DNA from: Vitrella brassicaformis CCMP3155 | Lineage: Eukaryota > Protista > Chromerida | Direction of reading: 5' to 3' | DNA length: 27,678 nt | Assembly: GCA_001179505.1 (NCBI GenBank) | Contig: CDMY01000719.1 | Coordinates: forward strand, 1-27,678 | Part shown: in pieces, positions 20,543-27,678 of the stretch | How the letters are laid out: the number at the start of each line of letters is the position of its first letter | How positions within the stretch are numbered: position 1 is the first letter of the stretch | Program-made: the position numbers and the translations under genes | Notes under the pieces: generated by a model | Databases searched by the model: none | Told to the model about the DNA's origin: nothing | The model's input: the letters and a program-made list of their open reading frames with translations, nothing else

Positions 20543-21723
20543 GCCTTTTGCTCGCCACACTATGCCGCGCCTTTCTTTCGCACACATGTGGCTTCAATGT
20601 GCGTGTGTGGGTGTGGGTGTGTGTGTGCGGGTGTGTGCGTTTGGGCTATTGGTATTCGTATGCGGGCGTGTCGTGTGGGATGGGTGTGCCGGCACGGCGT
20701 CCGGTTGCGTCTGGCATGTGTGTGGCTTGCCCTTGTGGTTTTCCCTGCGGTGATGTGTGTACGGGCGTGCTCTGTGGGTGTCTGCACGTCGACCGCCTGC
20801 CGCCCCCTCTTCGCCGTGGAGACTGGAGCGGCGGCGCGCTCCGCTTTCGGACAGCCTCATCACCCCGTGTGTGTTCATGTCAAGGGCATATTTGTGTGTG
20901 ACTGGTCGATCGGCACTGGCTGGCCAGCTGGGGATGGGCGGCATGTACGTATGGAGTCATGGTGCAGGACGCACGCCGCCTTCGGGCCGCCCCTTCCGGC
21001 CGGCCGCCCGCTGGGGTGGCGTGCGTCTGACGTTATGTGCCTGCTCTTATGTTGCCGTCGTTGGCAGCGCATTGCATCTCCACCTGTTTGCTGCTTCTGC
21101 CCTTTGCGTGCTGTGTGTTGCGTGTGCGTGTTGCATGTTGGGGTGCATGTTGCATGTTGGGATGGACAGACATGGGACTTGACCGTCAGGCCGCCTAGGG
21201 TATTGCCTGAAACCGCTACCCCTCACATGATGTACCAGACAGACAGTTCAGAATCCATGAATGTTCCTTGGAGCCTTTCAGCAGCGATGTCTTCTTATTC
21301 TCTCTCTCTTTTTGGATCAGGGGCGTGCCACTTCAACCACTGAGCGAGTTGAGCGCAGGTGTGGCTTTTTGGCACACGAGGCTCTCGGCTTGACCCTGTG
21401 GCTGTCAGGCTACCCTTGATTACACTTTACGGCTCTCTTCTTAATTCGTGATTCATTGGTGTCTGGGCCTGTGACTTGTTTTGCCTGGGACTCTACCGAT
21501 GGAAAGGATAATGGCTTGATCTGCGGCCCAGAGAATGGCGCGAATGTTATCTGCGTAGAGGAGCTTTTGGGTGTGAATGAGATGTGGAGGCTTGGTTATG
21601 TGTCCATTCGTAATTGGAAAGCTGAAGAATTTCGGCTCCCATGTGCGGTCCCTGTGGTGGTAGTGGTCTTATTGGTGTGATTTCGCTGTTCTGGCGCCCT
21701 CAATCGATCTGGACGAGGTCTGC

Positions 21724-23343
21724 CAAGATCCTACCCAACAATAACGACACCCTCGAGAAGCTGAAGGCCCTCCACCCTCCTGCTCCCTTCCCGCCCGACC
21801 CGACCCCCACCCAGCCCCCAAACAACGCGCCACGCCCCGTTTTCGACCCCGACGACGAGCACCTCCTGGATGCGCTCAAGACGGCCCCCAAAGGTGCGGC
21901 ACAGGGGGGGAGGGGTGGCGATATGAGCATATCAGCACCTCCGCGCGATCCATAGCTGGAAGCCTCAGGTGCCACTCCGCAACTTGGTCAACTGCTCGTT
22001 CACTCACGCGTCCCCCCTTCCCTCTTCCCTCCTTCCCTTCCTTTCCGCGGCACGCCTGAGCGCATTCGAGAGGACGGACGACGACGGGGTCACCACAGGT
22101 GGGGTCCGGTCACCACAAGTGGGGTCCGGCCGATCGCCATCGGGAAGACGATCCGCCGCTGGGTCACACGGGCGATGGTGCAGGAGAAGACAGCCGAGCT
22201 GGAGGCCAAGCTGGCCCCGTGCCAGTATGCGGTGGGGGTGCCGGCGGGATCCGAGAAGCTCATCGCGCCCGTGCGGACCTTCCTGTCGGCCGGCGCCTCG
22301 GGCGAGCGGCGCGCGCTCCTCTCCCTGGATGCAAGAACGCTTTCAATACGATGAGCCAGCAGGCTAGTCTCAAGGGCGTCAATCGACTCCTCCCTGACCT
22401 GACGCAGTACTTCCTGCAGTGGTACGGCGATCCAGCGGAGCTATGGTTTCACCACGCAGGAGGAGGTACGCGCCTAGTGCCGAGCCAGGAAGGCGTCCAA
22501 CAAGGCGACTCCGGGGGGCCGGCGTGATACGCTTGTGGGCTGCACGGGTCGGTGAAGAAGCTCAAGGCGGCGCTGCCCGGCCGGCTGGTGGTCGCCTTTG
22601 CAGACAACATCTTCATTGGGACGGTCGAGCAACACGTGGCGCACGACTTTGATGTGGCCGAGCAAGAGCTGGCGCGTGTGCTGCAGCATCTGGTGCGTGA
22701 AGAGTGTGAGGTATGGGGCGAGCACTTCACCAAGGGCATGGACCGGTCACCGAACATGCCTGAGGGTGTGTGTGTGTGCAGGAGGAAGGGCTGCTAGTGC
22801 TAGGTTGCCCGTTCGGTACGTCGGAGTTCATGGAGTGGCACTTCGCCAAGGTGCTCAAGAAGACTCAGCACATGCTCGACAACCTGCCTCAGCTGGAGGA
22901 CCCCCAGAGCGCTTACCAGCTGCTCCGCCTCTATGCTATGCCCAAGTTCCACTACCACATCCGCCCTCCTCCCTCTTCGCCCCCCCGCTCCTTGAGGCCG
23001 CCGGCAAGCACTCCCGTGTACTCATCCAAGCCTTCTGCACCCCCTCTTCCCTCGGTGACATCGAGGCTAAGACCGTCCGCCAGATCAAGCTGCCGCTGAC
23101 CGAGGGGGTCCGGCCTCACCGACACCGCGCGGATCGCGCCAGTGGCCTGTTTCGGTGTGGGTGCCGTGAGCCAGTGGCCTGTTTCGGTGTGGGTGCCGTG
23201 ATGCTGGCCGCCGATGTGCTTGCCCGCCACGAGGGCGGGTATGGATGCCGGCGAATGGACCGGGGGGGGGGGGGGGCTGGAGGCGCTGCCTGGGTGCGGG
23301 ATCTGCAGGCGATCTGCAAGCAGCATACGATCACCTCCTCGCT
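21724..23343 (+). mobile_element. CRE-type non-LTR fragment, copy 2 (family A, truncated at both ends)
   Basis: Colinear with copy 1 from ILPNNNDTLEKLKALHPP to AAYDHLL; many frameshifts and small tandem duplications. Confidence 0.9.
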
Positions 23344-23860
23344 GCAGTGGCCGAGTCTCGTGACCAACATGTACATACGCACATGCAGGCATGTAGCATG
23401 AACAGGTAGGGAGGCACTGCAGGGGCAGGCAGACAGACCTGCAATGTCGGGACGGCAGACCGGAACGTGTAGGATAGATAGATGCCCCCTCTCAATACAC
23501 GCCATCAGACGAATGACTGACTGCCCCTCGCACTCAGACTGAGGTGGGAATCCACCCTCGAGGGGCCTCAGTGGTGTTCGTACCGAGCTGCCTGCCTACA
23601 CGCACACACCGTCTACACCCCCAGTCAGTGCAAATTGGTCTGCCCATTACAAGCATGATCGGCTGGAAACGAGAGAATGGTTTAACGGTCATGTCCCAGG
23701 TGGCCATCGGCCTAGTCCCATTGTCTTCCATACACGTGCAACGGGAACCCACGCACGCTCCACATGCACAAAGGTACTCAGGGGGCACACTCACGAGATC
23801 TTCAAAGCAAGACCCACAGCCGTCCGCGATACCTGGTCGTTTGCAGGACTGTCGCTGTAG

Positions 23861-24070
23861 ATCTGGCCGAGTCGCTCCTGATATGCACTTCCCTGGGCCT
23901 CTCCCATGCCACAAAGCCGTCCCTCTTCGGCGCCGGGAGCTCCATCCGCTACACGAAGGTCAGTTGCAGGATGGCAACCTCTCGACTTTGTTCAAAAGAC
24001 AGCCCTGTTCGGGTGCGCGTCGTCGGCAGATCCCGCCGCGCCTCGATTCGAGGACGCGCAGGAACGAGTG
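23861..24070 (+). other. Possible orphan exon pair of an unidentified gene
   Basis: gctgtag|ATCTGGCCGAG...TACACGAAG|gtcagt gives (D)LAESLLICTSLGLSHATKPSLFGAGSSIRYTK, and a second open segment reads TALFGCASSADPAAPRFEDAQER. No homology is recognised. Confidence 0.25.
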
Positions 24071-24077
24071 ACATCGT

Positions 24078-26902
24078 CACTTCATGCCAAGTGCGCAGCG
24101 GATTCACGGAAGCCCTAGGTGGCCCAACGGCCTGGTTCCTTGTTGTCCCACATGGAACATGCAGCACGAAACAGGCAACATGCAACGTGCAACACGCAAC
24201 ACGCACATGCAAGAGGGCAGAAGCAGTAGGCGGGTAGATCTACAAATGGCAACATATATGACAGACACGCAACATCGCACGCACGTCACCCCGGCGGACG
24301 GCCTGTGTGGGGTGGCCATCTGGCTCTTGAAAAACCCCAGTGACGTGCGCTTCACGCTACGGCCCCACACGTGTATGGCGTGCAATGAACGCTAGCCAGT
24401 GCAAACCAACCGGACACTCACAAATACGCCCTCGACACAAATGTGAAGGGATGGATAAGTGTGCCCGCAAGAGGCCACGCAGGCGCCACTCCGCTCTCCG
24501 GCAGCGGAGAGCCGAGTGGCGGCTAGCAGCCACTATGCGGACACACACAAAGCTCTCCCCAGAACAGTACCTCAAGAAACCCACACAGACGCCCGCCACC
24601 CACACGCACGCACACCCGGACACACAACTCTCAGACACATGCGCTTACACGTACAATCCCACGCACACACACATAGACACGCACCGCGCACAGACGGACA
24701 CACACACACAGACACACACGCGCAGACACACAGACATCCACGCGAACACGCGCAGAAACACAGACACACGACAGTCCGCCGCTCAGCTAGGCCCCCTTGA
24801 CACACGCCAGTATACAACAAAGTCAAAACTCACGCAAGGAAGGCAGATAGCGATGCCGATGAGTGGATGAGGAGTTCAGTGTGGGGCAAAAGGGCCCTTC
24901 CCTCAGATCTCGTCCGTGGGGAAGGGGCGCACGTCTGGACCGACCTCACTCTTGCCGAGCACTGTGGCGGCAGCCTCACGCCTGACTGCACACGACAACA
25001 GAATCCACCAACGGGCCACGATGCGGCCCGTCGAAAAATCCCTGTCGTCCTTGAAGTGTGCTTCCTTCACTGCCTTGCCTAACTTGTGCAGAAACTTCTC
25101 CATTGTCGGCGACCAGCGGCCATACGACTCAAAAACCAACGGCAAAAACGTGAACCCTCCCCGTGCGCATGCAACCGCATATTTTGACCTCTTCTCAGCC
25201 TCCCTGAGTCGCAGGGCCGTGCCGGGGCGCTGGTTGGTAAGATTTTTGGCCTCGCCCGGATGGTCGGCGTGTGTAGGGTGGGTGCCCGCGACGTCTACCA
25301 TGAGCTTCGAGCCGTCGATCTGCGTGATCACCAGGTCCATCCGCTTCTTGTCATCGGTCGTTTGCGGGAATGGACACAGGTAGTCACGCAGGGGCTGCTC
25401 TTGTTTCACGCTGGGGCAGTGGGCCTCCTTGCAGATGCGGTATACGGTCGCCTTGACGGCGTTGTGGCGATCGGTCAGGTAGGCGCCGTTGAGGCACTTG
25501 GGCATGTGGTCGCCGTGAGGGTCGCAGGGCTGATGGCACGCTCCGCATGTCGTCGGTGTCTTCACCAGGCCGAGGGACCACTGCGCGTTGAACACGAAGG
25601 TCTCGGGGGAGAGGGTCGTCTCCTTGCACGAGGGGATGGCTTGCAGCCACGCTGACGCCCCCGATCCCTTGCAGCTCTGCAGGCGAGAGCCGTCGGGCGT
25701 CGCCCACCCGCGGTGGCCGTCGAAACGCATGGCGTCCAGGGTCGCCTGCAGGGAGGCGGACTCCTTCTGATGGATGCGGTGGGTCAGCTTTGACTGCAGG
25801 CCGCCGGCGAGGCGGAGCATGAGGCTGCGGATGTCGGGTAGGGGGTCGGATTGCGGGGGAGGGGGGTAGACGGCGACGAGGTGGTCGTAAGCTGCCTGCA
25901 GATCCTGCACCCATTGCAGTGCTTCCAGCCCCGCTGCCCATTCGCCGGCATCCACGCCGCGCCCTCATGGCGAGCGAGCACGTCAGCCAACACCACCGCA
26001 CCCACGCCGAAGTAGGCTGCCGGTGCGATCCGCGCCATGTCGGTCAGGGCAAACCCTCCTTCGAACAGCGGCAGCTTGAGTTGGCGGATGGTTTTGGACC
26101 GGATGTCGCCGAGAGAGAAGAGGGTGCAGGCGGCTTGGATGAGGGCACCTGTGTGTTTGTCGGCGGCCTCGTGCAGCGGGGGGGCGAAGGGGGCCGAGGT
26201 GTGGATGTGGTAGTGGAACTTGGGCGTGGCGCAGAGGCGGAGCAGCTGGTAGGCGCTCTGCGGATCCTCCAGCTGGGGGAGGCGGTCCAGCAGGTGCTTG
26301 GTCGGCTTGAGCTTCTTGGCAAAGTGTCGCTGCATGAACTTCATCGTGCCGAATGGACAGCCGAGCACCATCAACCCCTCGTCCCGCACATACACACACC
26401 CTCGGGCATGTTCGCCAGCCGGGCCATGCCCTTGGTGAAGTGCTCGCCCCACACCTCACACTTCTCACGCACGAGTTGCTGCCGCACACGCGCGAGCTCT
26501 CGGTCAGCCACACTGAAGTCTTCCGCCACCTTATCCTCGACCGTCCCGATGAAGATGTTGTCAGCAAAGGCGACTACTAGCCGACCTGGCAGCGCCGCTC
26601 TGAGCTTCTTCAGCACCCCATGCAGCCCACAGGTATACCACGCTGGCCCCCCGAGTCGCCCTGCTGCACGCCCTCCTGGCTCTGCAGTCGTCGTATGAAG
26701 CCGCCATCATGGTGGAACCACAGCTCCGCGGGGTCGCCGTACCACTGCAGGAAGTACTGCGTCAGGTCAGGGACGACTGCTCGACGCCCTCGAGAATGGC
26801 TTGCCGGCTCATCGTGTTGAAGGCGTTCTTGGCGTCCAGGGAGAGGAGCACGCGCCGCTCGCTAGCGTCTCCTGCCGACAGGAAGGTCCGCACGGCTGCG
26901 AT
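24078..26902 (-). mobile_element. CRE-type non-LTR element, copy 3 (family A, 5'-truncated, with 3' UTR)
   Basis: Runs from IAAVRTFLSAG...LSLDAKNAFNTMSR through VAFADNI, the knuckle CGAC...HMPKC and the RLE motifs RHN/RMDLV/MVDVAGTHP/FLPLVFESYGRW. It has several frameshifts. The 3' UTR (about 24078-24875) is homologous to that of copy 1. Confidence 0.92.
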
Positions 26903-27678
26903 ATCGGTGCCGCAGTCTCCAGGTCAGGTCGAGTCGCCAGTGCCGTGCATTTCCCCGCCAGGCGAGAGAGGACCTCTCCGATGCCAATCGGGCGGACCCC
27001 CGGGCATTTGTCGAGTGCGATGAGGCGGCACAACCGCAGAGCCTTGATGTCGTCTCAGGGAACAATGGTGTTGGCCAGGGCGGACAAGAGAGACGCCACT
27101 GCCGAGCGAAGGCGGCCGCTCTTGGCGCCGAAGCGAAGCAGGAGCCCCTGCCAGAAGTCCGCGTCGCCTCCAGTCGGCCCAACGCTCCCGCTCAGGCTTC
27201 GTGTAGTGCGCTCCACCGCTGAGTCAGTGATGTCCACGTCTATAAGGGGAGGGAGGGAGTCGCAGGGAAGGAAGGCCTCCTCGCATGGCTGCTGCTACGG
27301 TGGGTGTTTCTCGCGAAGGACGTCGAGCAGTGTGACGCCTGGTGGGCGCTTCTCAGCTTGAGCGGACGGATGGAGGACACCCCCGCCCCCCCTTCTCTGT
27401 GACGAAGCGGACGGCCGTCCGGATCTTGCCCTGCAGCATGAGTCTGTTGAAGATGCGGTAGACGGACTCGTCGTCAAGAGGGGGCTGAGTGGTGGCGAGC
27501 TGATGGTCCAGTCGCTCAGCCTCGCAGAGCTCCTCCACCAGCCCGGCCCGCCACATCTCCAGCCGCCGCCAGACCACCCGGCGGATGTCCTTGGTTTGCC
27601 GCACATCGGGATCTCGCTGGATCAGTGTGCGGATGAAGACGAAGAGCCGTTTTGCAGGCGCCTCCTGTCCGGCAATGC
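26903..27678 (-). mobile_element. CRE-type non-LTR fragment, copy 4 (different family B; runs off the window)
   Basis: RRLEMWRAG...FNRLMLQGKIRTAVRFVTE...LREKHP...LSGSVGPTGGD...LAN.IVP*DDIKAL..RLIALDKCPGVRPIGIGE. This is the RT N-terminal region of a more canonical CRE-like lineage, with one TAG, one TGA and a frameshift. Confidence 0.88.

Larger units (their letters stand above)
16238..21230 (+). mobile_element. CRE/R2-type non-LTR retrotransposon, copy 1 (family A, near full length)
   Basis: 5' tandem repeats, a long RT-RLE coding region, and a ~700-nt GT-rich 3' UTR homologous to that of copy 3. Both ends are approximate; no poly(A) or TSD is visible. Confidence 0.85.

Noticed and set aside
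23467-23500. CCCCCTCTCAA matching the copia PPT, suggesting another LTR edge
   Set aside because: The adjacent sequence does not resemble the LTR and no pol remnant is next to it; an 11-nt match is insufficient.

Overview
Eukaryotic, intron-dense, GC-rich genomic DNA with 60-80 nt GT-AG introns and CA/GT-rich non-coding sequence. This resembles a protist such as the chromerid Vitrella, but the host is unverified. From left to right: (1) A multi-exon minus-strand host gene for a roughly 4-TM membrane protein, whose first intron holds a 5.87 kb decayed Ty1/copia LTR retrotransposon (1165-7038, two 282-bp LTRs, PBS, PPT). (2) A 7.5 kb fold-back made of two ~3.0-3.1 kb inverted arms (7368-10476 and 11871-14890) around a 1.4 kb spacer. 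The arms carry convergent copies of an unknown spliced gene, and the left copy has lost a splice donor. (3) A diverged second copia 5' LTR with its PBS (15696-16017). (4) Four CRE/R2-type non-LTR retrotransposon copies (RT plus restriction-like endonuclease) from two families, all damaged. The most unusual signals are in the non-LTR family present three times (family A). Every in-frame internal stop I found there is TGA at a Trp or aromatic position, and two of these TGAs are shared between diverged copies. One shared TGA is followed by eight conserved codons. The RT catalytic motif reads FADN rather than YxDD in all three copies. These points suggest, but do not prove, UGA read-through as Trp and a non-canonical RT active site. 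All alignments and translations were done by eye.
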